From Myxococcota bacterium (GTDB taxonomy: Bacteria > Myxococcota_A > UBA9160 > SZUA-336): a DNA stretch of 64,000 nt. Where the stretch lies: positions 224,001-288,000 of the forward strand of contig CBDFGR010000002.1 of the NCBI GenBank assembly GCA_965247115.1. Direction: 5' to 3'. Of this stretch, positions 38,990 to 48,960 are shown one piece after another (positions within the stretch are counted from its first letter, which is position 1; each line of letters begins with the position of its first letter). A model generated the notes under the pieces. The model was not told the DNA's origin, searched no databases, and saw only the letters and a program-made list of their open reading frames with translations. The position numbers were made by a program, and so were the translations under genes.

Positions 38990-40579
38990 CTATGCGGACA
39001 TGAACGAACGCGGCCGTGATCGCGTGCGCCCTCTCATCCGCTGAACCTTGGTTTCGATCGACGCCTGCTCGGCCGCGATCACCGAGTAGTTGAACGAGTG
39101 GCGGAAATCGTCGTTCTTCACGCCCTTGCAGCGCCACTTCGCTGTCGGATCCCCGGTCCTCGGGTCCTCCTCGAGGATGCGCACCAGGTTCTTCATCTGC
39201 GGCATGATGAGATCGCGGAACTGCCGGTCTGGCCGTGGCAGCTCCACCAGCTTGGCCACGATGATCTTGTGCGAAGCGTCAAGGCTCTCGGTGCGATTCA
39301 CGTTCACCATCCGAGACTTCGGATCCCAGAGGTAGCTCTCCTTGCGGTGCGCGTCGTAGAGGCAGCCCCACCAGCCGGACTCGGTCTTCACGAAGTCGCG
39401 GACCGCGCGCGTCTCGGCGCCGGCGTCCATGACTCCGATCTCTACCTTGTAGCGCTGATTGAGGTCGTGGACGTCTTGGAAGCTCTCGGCGACATGAAAC
39501 GCATGGATGCGGCGGTGCGTTTCGCTCCGTCTCGAACCGACGGTGTAGTAGATGTACTTCTTGCCAACGTCGGCGCCGGCAAACGACGGACCCTCGTACG
39601 CGAGTCGGCGCGGGTTGGTTCCGCAGCACGCAAGGATCGCGGCGTCGTCGAGGCTCTGCTCGATGTCCGCGTAGGGCTGCCCGAGATTGGAGTTGTAGAA
39701 CTCGGACATCACGGTGCGCGGGTCCTTCCATCTCTCGTAGAGATCGTTCAGGTCGACCGTCGGGGAATTCAGCTGGGAGATGTAATAGCCGCGCCTCTTT
39801 CGCGAAGGATGGGCCGGCACCCACTCGCCGTCGATCGTGTAGACCTCGGCGCTGCAGTGTGTACAGATCTTGATGACCCCTCGATCTTCGGTCTCCAGGA
39901 GGCACCCGGGGAACTCGTCCTCAAGACAGGTCCAGCGAGCGCAGCTTCGGCACTTGATCTTCCACTGGCGCATGTCGGTGCGAAGGTACTCAAAGTGGAT
40001 CCCGTACTCCGGGAACGTCGGAGTCGAGAGCTTAAACTCGTGTGCGAGATCCGAGCCCGATAGCCGCTCGCGCGCGAGAGCCACCATCTCGGGAGTCATC
40101 TCATCGAACTCGTCGTAGACGACGCAGTCGACCGGGATCGACTTCAGCCCTGTCCGGGCCTTCGCCCCGCGGAAGTAGAGGAAACAGTTGCCGATCTGCT
40201 TCACGTTCGCCGAGTCCGTCCCGTGCACCGTGTCTCGGAGGGCCGGGTTGTCTTGGAGCATCCGGTCGAACCGGGTACGCGAGAAGTCCGTGACATCTTC
40301 CCGTGTAGGGAAGAGGTAGAGGATCCCCCGGTTGTAGAGCCGGTCAGCGCGATCGATTGTGCGAAGGACCTCGAGAGTCGTGAACCCCATCTGCGCGCCC
40401 TTCATGATCACGACCTGCTCGCTCTCGTCGTCATCGTAGAGCTCCCAGAGATAGGGGTAGGGCTTGAGATCGAAGTTGACGCCGTCCACCTTCAGCGGCG
40501 GGTTCGTCTTGGAGAGCCGATACGCCGTCGATTGCTGGAGGAGCGTCTCGTGCAGCTGCTGGTCGGTCATTGCCCTCAT
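38990..40579 (-). CDS. Terminase large subunit (GpA-like ATPase)
   Basis: MKGAQMGFT, YDEFDEM, LSTPT, CxxC zinc ribbons, GADVG, DDFRHS. Confidence 0.9.
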   Translation of the reverse strand: MRAMTDQQLHETLLQQSTAYRLSKTNPPLKVDGVNFDLKPYPYLWELYDDDESEQVVIMKGAQMGFTTLEVLRTIDRADRLYNRGILYLFPTREDVTDFSRTRFDRMLQDNPALRDTVHGTDSANVKQIGNCFLYFRGAKARTGLKSIPVDCVVYDEFDEMTPEMVALARERLSGSDLAHEFKLSTPTFPEYGIHFEYLRTDMRQWKIKCRSCARWTCLEDEFPGCLLETEDRGVIKICTHCSAEVYTIDGEWVPAHPSRKRRGYYISQLNSPTVDLNDLYERWKDPRTVMSEFYNSNLGQPYADIEQSLDDAAILACCGTNPRRLAYEGPSFAGADVGKKYIYYTVGSRRSETHRRIHAFHVAESFQDVHDLNQRYKVEIGVMDAGAETRAVRDFVKTESGWWGCLYDAHRKESYLWDPKSRMVNVNRTESLDASHKIIVAKLVELPRPDRQFRDLIMPQMKNLVRILEEDPRTGDPTAKWRCKGVKNDDFRHSFNYSVIAAEQASIETKVQRMRGRTRSRPRSFMSA

Positions 40580-40848
40580 GCGGCGCCGCTCACCATCACG
40601 TTGAACGCTGAGGCGCAGTCGAGCGCCTGGTCTAGGTGCGCCTCGGGGTCATCGAAGTCGCGGAAGGTCTCGACGCGGCACATGGCGGGGCGTCGTTCGT
40701 AGATCGCGCACTGGTTCTCCGGCGTCAGCTCGCGGCAGACTCCGTCGCCCCGATCGAACGGGAGGTGGTAGAGGGGCTTGCGACAGCACGCCCCGCAGCC
40801 GATGCACCTCCAGCGGCCATCGTCGTCCAAAAAGTCCTGAGGGCTCAC
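40576..40848 (-). CDS. YkgJ-family CxxCxxCC cysteine-cluster protein
   Basis: CIGCGACC...C...CAIYERRPAMCR. Confidence 0.85.
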   Translation of the reverse strand: MSPQDFLDDDGRWRCIGCGACCRKPLYHLPFDRGDGVCRELTPENQCAIYERRPAMCRVETFRDFDDPEAHLDQALDCASAFNVMVSGAA

Positions 40849-40890
40849 GGGCGTCAGTTCCGAACTTGACTCGGCCGCGGACAGTTGCAG

Positions 40891-41502
40891 TCACGGGTCG
40901 TGAGAACGAAACGATTCGTCTTCTTCTTCATACAGTCCTCGAGGCAGCCATGGCACGCCTGAAGCTTCACCCCGTAGCCGTAGCGAGACAGCTCTCGAAG
41001 ACAAGACAGCCACCGGAACCTGAACCTCCGGGTCAGGATCGCCGGATTGCTCGCACGCGATCGCTGCGTTCGCCCACATGACCTCTTCCCGCACGCACCG
41101 GATCGCAGTAGTGACGTCTGGGCCCGCAGGCGCATGGTCCCGGATGACGCTCGACATCGCGTACCCCGAGCTCCGGATCGCCTCGAAGCGCAGAGCGACG
41201 TTCGGATCCGGATGGTTCTGCGGAGAGTGGTACGTGAACCAGTTCTCCAGGTTCGAATCGGGAACACGGCGACCCCGAGGAGGAGTGCCGCGGGCCGCCG
41301 CCGGGCTGTTCGTGAGCTTCACGCCGCGCGGCAGCTCCACGACGTTGCCATCCGACGCAAGGCACAAGTAGAACTCGATGGTTTCGCGGAGGGCCTGCCC
41401 GCAGTTGTCGTCCGCGGTCGCGGGCGGCTTCCGCTTGATTTCGTCGTAAAGCGGCCGCAGCTGCTCGAGGAGCTCCTGCGGGCTCATTCTCCCATCAGAC
41501 AA
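40891..41502 (-). CDS. Protein with Acb2/Tad1-like helical hairpin domain
   Basis: ENWFTYHSP...FEAIR...AIRCVREEVMWANAAIAC (aa ~85-151). Confidence 0.6.
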   Translation of the reverse strand: MSDGRMSPQELLEQLRPLYDEIKRKPPATADDNCGQALRETIEFYLCLASDGNVVELPRGVKLTNSPAAARGTPPRGRRVPDSNLENWFTYHSPQNHPDPNVALRFEAIRSSGYAMSSVIRDHAPAGPDVTTAIRCVREEVMWANAAIACEQSGDPDPEVQVPVAVLSSRAVSLRLRGEASGVPWLPRGLYEEEDESFRSHDP

Positions 41503-41675
41503 ATCGCACCCCCTTTGGCCGATATCGGTCGCGCGACTGCCGAACTCGGCGCCGCTCCGTCTCGATCTCCGAAACAGACTGACTCCCCGTGCACCATCGG
41601 CAGTCGGCCGCGCCGCCGGTGCGTACCGAGTAGGTCGACTTGCAGAAGTGCGACCGTGCCGTGTACGCCATTCGA

Positions 41676-42110
41676 TCAGTCCGCCGGCGAGATCTTCTCG
41701 ACCTGGTGCTCGTCGATCCAGTCGGCGACGCCACGCAGTACGTCCCGTGTCCCCTTCGGCCCGGCGTCCGACGTGATCTCGACCTTGCCGATACCCTCGA
41801 CACGACCGGTGAACGTCGCACTACCACCGTTCTTGCGCTGGCTGATGGTCAGCTCCATCCGCTGCATCTGCTGGCCGATGATCGGGACGTCCATCAGGCC
41901 GCCTCCCTCTGAGCGTGGCGCCCAACGAATGCTGTGCACTCGGTCGGCCTCCCGGCCAACGTCCTGAAGCGGTTCTACAAGCGGCGCCCCGCACCTCGGG
42001 TTCTCGCACGTAAACGCTCGATGACTCCGATGCGGCACGCAGTTCCGCTCCAGCCAGTCCACGATCGCGGAATCGCTCATCCGAGGCCGTATCCGCGGCT
42101 TCGCCATCAC
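41676..42110 (-). CDS. Phage hypothetical protein(s)
   Basis: ORF in late-gene orientation; internal RBS+ATG suggests possibly two genes. Confidence 0.45.
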   Translation of the reverse strand: MMAKPRIRPRMSDSAIVDWLERNCVPHRSHRAFTCENPRCGAPLVEPLQDVGREADRVHSIRWAPRSEGGGLMDVPIIGQQMQRMELTISQRKNGGSATFTGRVEGIGKVEITSDAGPKGTRDVLRGVADWIDEHQVEKISPAD

Positions 42111-42457
42111 TCCAGCCCCGGGATCCGCGCAGCAGGCGATTCCGCTTCTTCTGGCCCTGTTAGGGTCGAACTTGAACCAGATTCGACCCGCTGCGCAGCC
42201 AACTCTCGAAAGTGCTGCGACAGCAGATCGTCCGCGGTCGGAAGAGACACACGCGGCTCCCGATCCACCTCGACGACATCACGAGAAAAAAATTCGCCCT
42301 CGACTGCGGGAGAAAAATTTCCGGCTCAGGGGAGGACAGGGATTCGGCTTGTGGGTGGGTAGAGGGACCCGCGCTCGCGCTAGCTGGGGCCCCACCTTGC
42401 GCGGCCCCCACCCCCTCCGCTCCGGCCAGCGCTGGGGACCTCTCAGCCTCTGTGACG

Positions 42458-42997
42458 TCACAGCTCTGGGCCGCCGTCCTCGCAAGTATCCGAGATCGCT
42501 TGCGTATAAACGTCGCCCCCCGGATTAGGAATCCGGTGAGCATCGGGAGGGGCATACTCGAGCACGAGTTCACGCGCTACCTCGCGCAGCTTGAGGCGCA
42601 GACCATCGGGCAGCTGCGCGCCGTCGAAGCCGGTGATCGGCTCGGCTGTCGCGTCCGACGGTGAGTACGCTGGCAGCTTGCCCCAGCGGCGCTCGACCAG
42701 GTAGATAGCGCACTTACGCGCATCGGTGAGAGTCGGCCACAGCAGTTTGCGCCGCTTCCGGCCCTTGCGATCGCTGTACGTGAGCACGATGCCCTCGCCG
42801 CGCGAGATGCGTTCGAGCATGGCCAGTTGCTCGCGTGCGTCGCCGATCACGCTCTTGACGAGCGCCAGCGCGCCCTTGCGCCGTCCACCGCGCGGATTGC
42901 CGCTTTCTCCAGGCTTGAACTGGTGCGGCCGCAGGTTGGCCATGCTGCGCTCGTTGGCAGCGACCTTCTCGGTGAGGTTTACAGCGCTTTCGTCCAT
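42458..42997 (-). CDS. Putative terminase small subunit (DUF5681-type)
   Basis: ANLRPHQFKPGESGNPRGG; C-terminal YLVERRWGK. Confidence 0.65.
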   Translation of the reverse strand: MDESAVNLTEKVAANERSMANLRPHQFKPGESGNPRGGRRKGALALVKSVIGDAREQLAMLERISRGEGIVLTYSDRKGRKRRKLLWPTLTDARKCAIYLVERRWGKLPAYSPSDATAEPITGFDGAQLPDGLRLKLREVARELVLEYAPPDAHRIPNPGGDVYTQAISDTCEDGGPEL

Positions 42998-43185
42998 CGG
43001 AGCGACTACTGCCCTCAGCAGTGGGCTGGTTACATGCAAGCCCGTCTCTTCTCGGATGACAAGGGGGATGAGGCTCGAGGGTTACGGTGTTCGCTGGTGT
43101 GCGACGGGGATCGACGCGCGTAAGACGTGAGTGTGGGTTGGGCCGGAGACTCGGAGGGGAGAGGGAAGAGCGTCGGCGAGGGCGG

Positions 43186-43467
43186 GTGACGTCGGATCGT
43201 CCGAGGGCTGAGGTGCTGTCGAATCTGCGCGCGCTGCGGGAGGAGCGAGGGCTCTCGATGGCGGCGGTGTCGCGTCTCGCGTGGCTGAGCTATGAGACGG
43301 TGCAGCGGGTGGAGCTTGGGCAGGTGCTGGCGATGCAGGTGAGCACGCTGGTGCGGGTGGTGGCGGCGGCGCTGCGGTGCAAGCCGGTGGACATCGTGCC
43401 GGGGTTGGGGGCGGTACCTCGGGTGTTGGAGCCTCCGAAGGTACGGCAGCGGCGGCGTGGTCTCTAG
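43186..43467 (+). CDS. XRE-family HTH protein
   Basis: NLRALREERGLSMAAVSRLA..SYETVQRVELG. Confidence 0.65.
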   Translation: MTSDRPRAEVLSNLRALREERGLSMAAVSRLAWLSYETVQRVELGQVLAMQVSTLVRVVAAALRCKPVDIVPGLGAVPRVLEPPKVRQRRRGL

Positions 43468-45322
43468 GCGGTGGGGCTGGCTCTCGCAACTTCGGGTGGA
43501 ACTCGAGGGGTCGGAGCCCAACTGAGCCGGACCGCTCTTACGGTCTCTGGGGGTCCGCCGGGTGTAGACATACCTGTAGCCTTGTTCGGGCGCGGGGCGG
43601 ATTGGGAGAGATTGCGGGCAGCTATGTCGTGGGATCGGATGCGCTTGAGCGTCGGCCAGTTACGGCACCCCTGCGCCTTGCGGCGCTTCTGAACCTTCGC
43701 TCTTGCGCGATCGGGCCCGAGGCGGCAGCGGCTCTTTGGCGTGGTCCGGGCTTGAGTGAGCCGCGTTCCCGGTCCATAGCGTGCCTGCTCGGGGAGTTCA
43801 CGGGATGACCTGGCGTGGGAGGTCTCCCGGTTGGGTCACCGGCACCCGCGCCGGCCTGATCCATCATCGGAGCTTGTTCGCCTTCCGCCCGTGTTGCTGC
43901 ACGGCTCGCACCGTCCGCCCATCGGGTCGGAACCAGAGAGTCACGCGGACGAGCTGGCCGTGGATCTCGCGCCAGACCGTCCTTTCTCGAGGCCGTCTTG
44001 TCCTCTTCCCCCACGGCGGGGAAGGCTAGCGCGCCTGGCGCTTCGCTGCTCGGCCGAGCGTGCGCCGGGACTTCTGGCGCTTCGCCGCCCGGAGAAGCAC
44101 TCGCCGGACCCACGCGGAGAGGCTGAAGCCGGCGCGGTCGGCAGCCTGGTGGTCGCGCGTCACGCTCCTCAGCGCGTCGTGGGGATCAGCTATCGAGGCG
44201 GTCACGTGCCTGCCCTTCCGGCAGGGCCGAGGCGGCCCGGTGATCGAGCTTCGCTGCACTCTTCGCCATTCCGCATAGTTAGCCGACATATGGAAATATA
44301 TCGATCTCGTGGTACACCAGGGCTGGAAAGGCTTTCGCTCGGTCATCTCCATGGAATGCCTTAGTATGCTAGGTATACAGAAACGGAGCATTCCAGTGAG
44401 CGCTGCATACGAGAAGATCACCGACAAGACGGGCTACTCACTCAGCGTCGGTTCGTTCGTTCGCGCCGATAAGATACCGGGCACCCGATCGCATGTGAAG
44501 CGGGAGGATCGAGCGCCTTGAGGGCAACGTCGTCTGGATCCGGGTAGAGCGGGGCGGAGCTGCGCCCCTTCCAGCCGGAGCGCTCTCGAAGTGCTCACGA
44601 TGAGCGCCAGAAAGACGAAGCGGCCGCTCTGGGCGCGCAGTGCTCGCTCGAGATGCTGTGTTCTCGCAAAAGCCGAGGGCACGACGATGACGACGGCGCT
44701 AGCGCCGGACTGGCTAGGGTCGGAGAGCACACCCTCCCGGCTCCCGAAGGGGCGGCTCCACAAGGTCGAATGAGCGACGGCTGCGGCTACGTCGCAGACG
44801 CGTGACCGCGAAATGGCTCGACAGCTATGGCGCGCCGCTATGCCCCTGCGACCGGAGAGCCAATGCGCGACTGTCGGCCGCTCGAGCTGCTCCCGCGTGA
44901 GGCGTTTGGCCCCGAAAATACAGAAGGGGCTCTCGTGGGGGAGGCGCTCTACGTGACGCTGCGTCCGCGAAGCTTACTGCGGATTCTGCGATCGGTTTCA
45001 CGAGCGCGGGGACGTCATGGTCGTCCCGCGCTTCCGGTTGGGTAGGCGTGGGGGTGCTCCTGAAGGGCGCTATTGCGTGGACTGCTCGGCGGGGATCGAG
45101 CGCGAGGCGAGCGGGATCGTTCCGCGTGGTTGGCCGAGCGTCTCGGGGTTCGATTCGACCAGGGCGCAACGCGCGCCGCAGAACTTCCACCGCCGGCGCT
45201 GGGCGCTGTACCGATGAGCTGCCCGCGCTATCACTGCCCCCCCCCACGCGGCCGCCTTCCGGCGGTCTGGCGGCACGGTGTGAGTGCGGGCGAAAGCTCG
45301 CACACGAACCACACCGGTTGCT

Positions 45323-45649
45323 CTAGCCATCGCCGTACCACGAGGCGAAGTCGTCGAGCCGAATACACACAATCGCGTCGCTCAAGCGATGGCTCTTCCG
45401 CTTGAGCACCGCCAGCGGGAGCTTGGATCCGTTCCGGTCTGACTGTCGAGCTTGATCCAGCGCGTCGATCGAGTCGGCCCAGTGCACGACCTTGCGTAGC
45501 TTGCACTCGATCGCGAAGGCGTCGTGCACGACATCGTCTCTCCCGCCGTCCTTGCTTCCGTAGTCGGGTCCGCGACGATGGCCGCCGAGCTTCTTGGCGA
45601 CGTAGCGCTCGAACTTCTTCCAAGCCGGGTTAGTCGCGCCCATCGCCAC
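45323..45649 (-). CDS. Holliday junction resolvase-like PD-(D/E)XK nuclease
   Basis: WKKFERYVA...DDV...AIECK. Confidence 0.75.
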   Translation of the reverse strand: MAMGATNPAWKKFERYVAKKLGGHRRGPDYGSKDGGRDDVVHDAFAIECKLRKVVHWADSIDALDQARQSDRNGSKLPLAVLKRKSHRLSDAIVCIRLDDFASWYGDG

Positions 45650-45763
45650 GTAAGCTCAGGGCTCTTGCACTCGGGGAAGGCGAGGAGGACGGTGATTCTT
45701 CGGCGCGCTGCCCCCCAGGATGGCGCGGGGTCCGAGTATTTCTCACCGTCCTCCTCATAAGGT

Positions 45764-46177
45764 TCACGGCAGCGCCTTCGCCCACTCGGGCGTGTACCCG
45801 CGCGCGTATGGATGGTCGCTCCGTTCCGGAGCAAGACGCTTCGTCTTGCTCGCAAGCGGTGACGGGGGCGGTGGTGAGGGATGCATCCGCGCGACCTGTT
45901 GCTGGATGTGCTCTCGGATCGGCTCGGCGATGAGCGCGAGCTCAACGGGCGTTGCTGGGCGACCATCTACGGTTACCTTGCGCTTCCGCCAGTCGATCAT
46001 GGCCGAGCCGAGCGGCAGCAAGTCCTTCCGTGGCGTCGGTCTGCTCGACGCGTTTTGCGTGAACACGATCCGAACGACATCGAGCCTTGCCCCGCTCGCG
46101 ATCTTCCCCCAGTGCTGAAGCACGAGCTCCTTGTCCGGTAGACGGAGCATCACGTGGGCCAGGTGCATCCCGCTCAT
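45764..46177 (-). CDS. Phage hypothetical protein
   Basis: ATGA-coupled ORF in the early/middle operon. Confidence 0.5.
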   Translation of the reverse strand: MSGMHLAHVMLRLPDKELVLQHWGKIASGARLDVVRIVFTQNASSRPTPRKDLLPLGSAMIDWRKRKVTVDGRPATPVELALIAEPIREHIQQQVARMHPSPPPPSPLASKTKRLAPERSDHPYARGYTPEWAKALP

Positions 46178-46491
46178 TCGCGGTTGACGACGGCGCGCTG
46201 CTTCAGGAAGTCTACCGCCCATTTCGGGCACGGCTCCCACTTCTCGGGCGACGAGAGGAACGGCCCCCCGGCGCCCTCGGGCGGGACGACGCCGAGCAGG
46301 CCGTCGCCGACGACGCCGACCGTGTAGCAGAGCACGACGTTCGCTCGCTGCGGTGGCTCCTTCAGCTTGACCTTCTGGCCCTCCTTGAAGTCGGCTGCAT
46401 ATGCCAAGTTCACGACGAGCAAGGCGATGAAGGTCGCGGCGATCGCGAGTAGCACGCTGCGCCAGATCCCATCGAGTAGCTCCTCTTTCAC
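46174..46491 (-). CDS. Hypothetical membrane/exported protein
   Basis: N-terminal hydrophobic helix; coupled to neighbours. Confidence 0.55.
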   Translation of the reverse strand: MKEELLDGIWRSVLLAIAATFIALLVVNLAYAADFKEGQKVKLKEPPQRANVVLCYTVGVVGDGLLGVVPPEGAGGPFLSSPEKWEPCPKWAVDFLKQRAVVNRE

Positions 46492-46793
46492 GACTCATCC
46501 TCCTCCACGCTCGCACCCTGGAACAGCGCGAGCTGCCGCCCGACGTGGTGAAGCTTGATCTCCACGTCGTCGATCGGTTTCGTCTCAAGTTGGATCGACA
46601 CCTTCGAGAACTTGATCGTTACGCCAAGCTCACCTGTGTCCGGGTCCGTCTTGAAGATGCACTTCGGCTTGAACTCGGCGGCGGCCTTGCCGCCCTTGAT
46701 CGAGTCCGAGATCAACGGAAGCTCGGGCAGGAGCTTCGTGTAGATCTCCCCCGAGACCCTTACCGCGAGCTCCTCATGGTGTTTCTGTTGCAC
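46488..46793 (-). CDS. Phage hypothetical protein
   Basis: Coupled ORF with RBS. Confidence 0.55.
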   Translation of the reverse strand: MQQKHHEELAVRVSGEIYTKLLPELPLISDSIKGGKAAAEFKPKCIFKTDPDTGELGVTIKFSKVSIQLETKPIDDVEIKLHHVGRQLALFQGASVEEDES

Positions 46794-47022
46794 TACTGCG
46801 CTCCTCCTTCTGTACCGAGCGGATCGCCCGCTCGATGGCTTCCTCGTACTCGCGCTGAAGCAGTCCGCGCGCGAGCTGGCTGTGACAACCGAACAGGTTC
46901 TGCCGCGTGCGGTACACCTCAGACGCGACCATCATCGGGACCTGGTCCAAGTGGACATCGCACATGACGACGATGGGATTCCGTGGTGCTCGCTGGCAAC
47001 CCGCTACGCGACACACGCTCAT
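46774..47022 (-). CDS. Small Cys/His phage protein
   Basis: CRVAGC...MCDVH. Confidence 0.5.
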   Translation of the reverse strand: MSVCRVAGCQRAPRNPIVVMCDVHLDQVPMMVASEVYRTRQNLFGCHSQLARGLLQREYEEAIERAIRSVQKEERSSATETP

Positions 47023-47136
47023 AGCAGCCTCGGCTGGTGCGGATCGCTGGATCGAGCTTCGCGCGTCCTCTCTCGATCGTTCATCTCTCTGGGCTCATCC
47101 AACGTCTTAGCCTTAGCCACTGCATTCCCCCCTGAA

Positions 47137-47772
47137 TCAGAGCGTCATTTGCTCTGCTGCTGCTGGCTTTGCGGTCTTTGGCGAATCGAAGCCCAGCGAG
47201 CAGACGTGCCGCTCCCAGACCTCGAGGACATTCATGGGTTGGCGTGTAGTACCGACCAGCATCCATCGTTGCTGATACTGCGGGAGCCACGGGATCTCGC
47301 CGACGGCCTTCTTCGGTGCATAGTGCGCGTGCATCCCGTTCCCGCGCGCGACGACATCCCGGAGCAACGCCCGGTCTCTCTCATCGTCGGTGTAGCGGAG
47401 ACCCTCCGTCGTCGCGATCAAGGATCGAAAACGGTCCTCGACCTGCTCGTACCAGCGATAGAACTGGCTCTTACTCGTGGTGCCGGCGCCGTGGACTCCG
47501 TCGTGCTTCGCGATCGCAAACGCGTAGGCATCGTTGGGGAACGGCTTAAGCATCGGCTGGTCCCGCAGCTCGATGCGTGCAGCGAGCCGTAGGTGCTCGA
47601 GCTCGTAGCCTTCTCGATCCAGCTCCCCTGATCGCAACGCGCGCTCGATGTGCACGAGCTCCTTACGGGTCTCGCGGTGCTGCACGCAACGCGCCATCAT
47701 CGTCCAGCGAGCCTCATCCGGAGCCTTCGCGTCGCTGCTCGACTTCGCGCTTGTACTCGCTGACTCGGTCAT
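47137..47772 (-). CDS. Phage hypothetical protein downstream of the replication initiator
   Basis: 211 aa ORF overlapping the rep 3' end. Confidence 0.55.
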   Translation of the reverse strand: MTESASTSAKSSSDAKAPDEARWTMMARCVQHRETRKELVHIERALRSGELDREGYELEHLRLAARIELRDQPMLKPFPNDAYAFAIAKHDGVHGAGTTSKSQFYRWYEQVEDRFRSLIATTEGLRYTDDERDRALLRDVVARGNGMHAHYAPKKAVGEIPWLPQYQQRWMLVGTTRQPMNVLEVWERHVCSLGFDSPKTAKPAAAEQMTL

Positions 47773-48775
47773 CGGTGATCCCCTCAGGTCCTGGCGCCTT
47801 CCTCGAGGCCTCCAGGTACGTATCCACCTTGGCGTCGCGGAACGGTGCATCGAAGGTCAGTGCCTCGCGCGCGTTGAAGTCCCGCGTCACCTTGTCGATC
47901 CCTCCCCAGCTCGCGACACAGCCCCGGACGAGCTCCGAAAGCTGGTCTGGCTTCAGGTCTCGGTTGTGGCGCAGGAAGCGGCCGAGCAGCGCGCGGCGCC
48001 GCGCCGTCACCTCGTAGCGCTTGCCGAACGACGCGAAGGCCTTCTCGATCTCCGGGATCGCGGCCTCGAGCAGCGGATCCGGGGCCCGGTTGCTGCGACC
48101 GTTCGGTTTCCTTTCGAGCCCGGGCAGGCCGGGCGGAGCCCGTGGGGTGTGTGTGTCTTGAGAAAGCGATGGATCAGAGTTCAGAGGCTCGGCTTGGCTA
48201 GGCATGGCATGGCTTGGCATGGTGGTGCGCACAGATGGGTCGTTTGTGCGCACGGACGCTCCTTTTGTGCGCATACCTGCGCTCGCCGTGCGCATAAAGC
48301 CATCGTCTGTGCGCTCGCCGTGCGCATCCATGCGCTCACGCGCGGCGTAGAGCTTCTCGATCTCGGCCCTCTCCGCCTTCGAGACCCGAGTCAGACGAGG
48401 CCGAGAGCCGTCCGCGAAGTAGAGGACGGCGCGGCCGAGCCGCATGTGCACCGAGTCCTCGCAGTGCTCGGACCAGTCATGGAGAAGGAGGCAGTCGCCG
48501 ATCTCGTCAAGCCAGGCGGCTTCGCGGAGTGCCTCCAGGAGCGCGTCGGGTGCGCCGTCCCAGCCGCAGCCATCGGCGATGTCGTCCGGGTCGGTCTTTG
48601 AGAGATCTCCTTCCGGCGCGTAGCGCGCGGAGTACTCCCAGAGCCGCTGCATCAACCCGACGGCGTAGTTGTGCGCGATGGCGAAGCCGACGCCGAGCTC
48701 GGGGCCGAGGAGACGCGCGAGCTTCCGCATCTTCGGGTGCGCCGGCGTGCCTTGCTTCAACCTCTCGCCCCCCAT
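47714..48775 (-). CDS. Phage replication initiator protein
   Basis: HPKMRKLARLLG...AVGLMQRLW...GDL...HDW N-terminal domain; internal iteron array. Confidence 0.75.
   Translation of the reverse strand: MGGERLKQGTPAHPKMRKLARLLGPELGVGFAIAHNYAVGLMQRLWEYSARYAPEGDLSKTDPDDIADGCGWDGAPDALLEALREAAWLDEIGDCLLLHDWSEHCEDSVHMRLGRAVLYFADGSRPRLTRVSKAERAEIEKLYAARERMDAHGERTDDGFMRTASAGMRTKGASVRTNDPSVRTTMPSHAMPSQAEPLNSDPSLSQDTHTPRAPPGLPGLERKPNGRSNRAPDPLLEAAIPEIEKAFASFGKRYEVTARRRALLGRFLRHNRDLKPDQLSELVRGCVASWGGIDKVTRDFNAREALTFDAPFRDAKVDTYLEASRKAPGPEGITDDRVSEYKREVEQRREGSG
48186..48337. repeat. Putative replication origin: seven GGCWH pentamers plus eight phased TGCGC repeats
   Basis: TGCGC starts at 48226, 48247, 48268, 48278, 48289, 48310, 48321, 48331. 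Confidence 0.65.
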
Positions 48776-48960
48776 GGGCTAGTGCGGTGGTGCTGCTATC
48801 TCCCTGCGAACCGGATGCCCGGGGTAGCCGCGTGTACCCGGGGGCAAGCGGAGAGATCTAACGACGCGTGCGAGGTGCCGTCGCGACCTGCGAGAATTGC
48901 TTTCCCCCGCCGCTCGCAGCCGTGTAGGCTTCCCCACAGCGACCCCGACTCCGGGGCGGA

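Noticed and set aside
44026..44427. Intact HicAB-type toxin-antitoxin locus
   Set aside because: Only a short RHH-like remnant; no recognisable toxin ORF.
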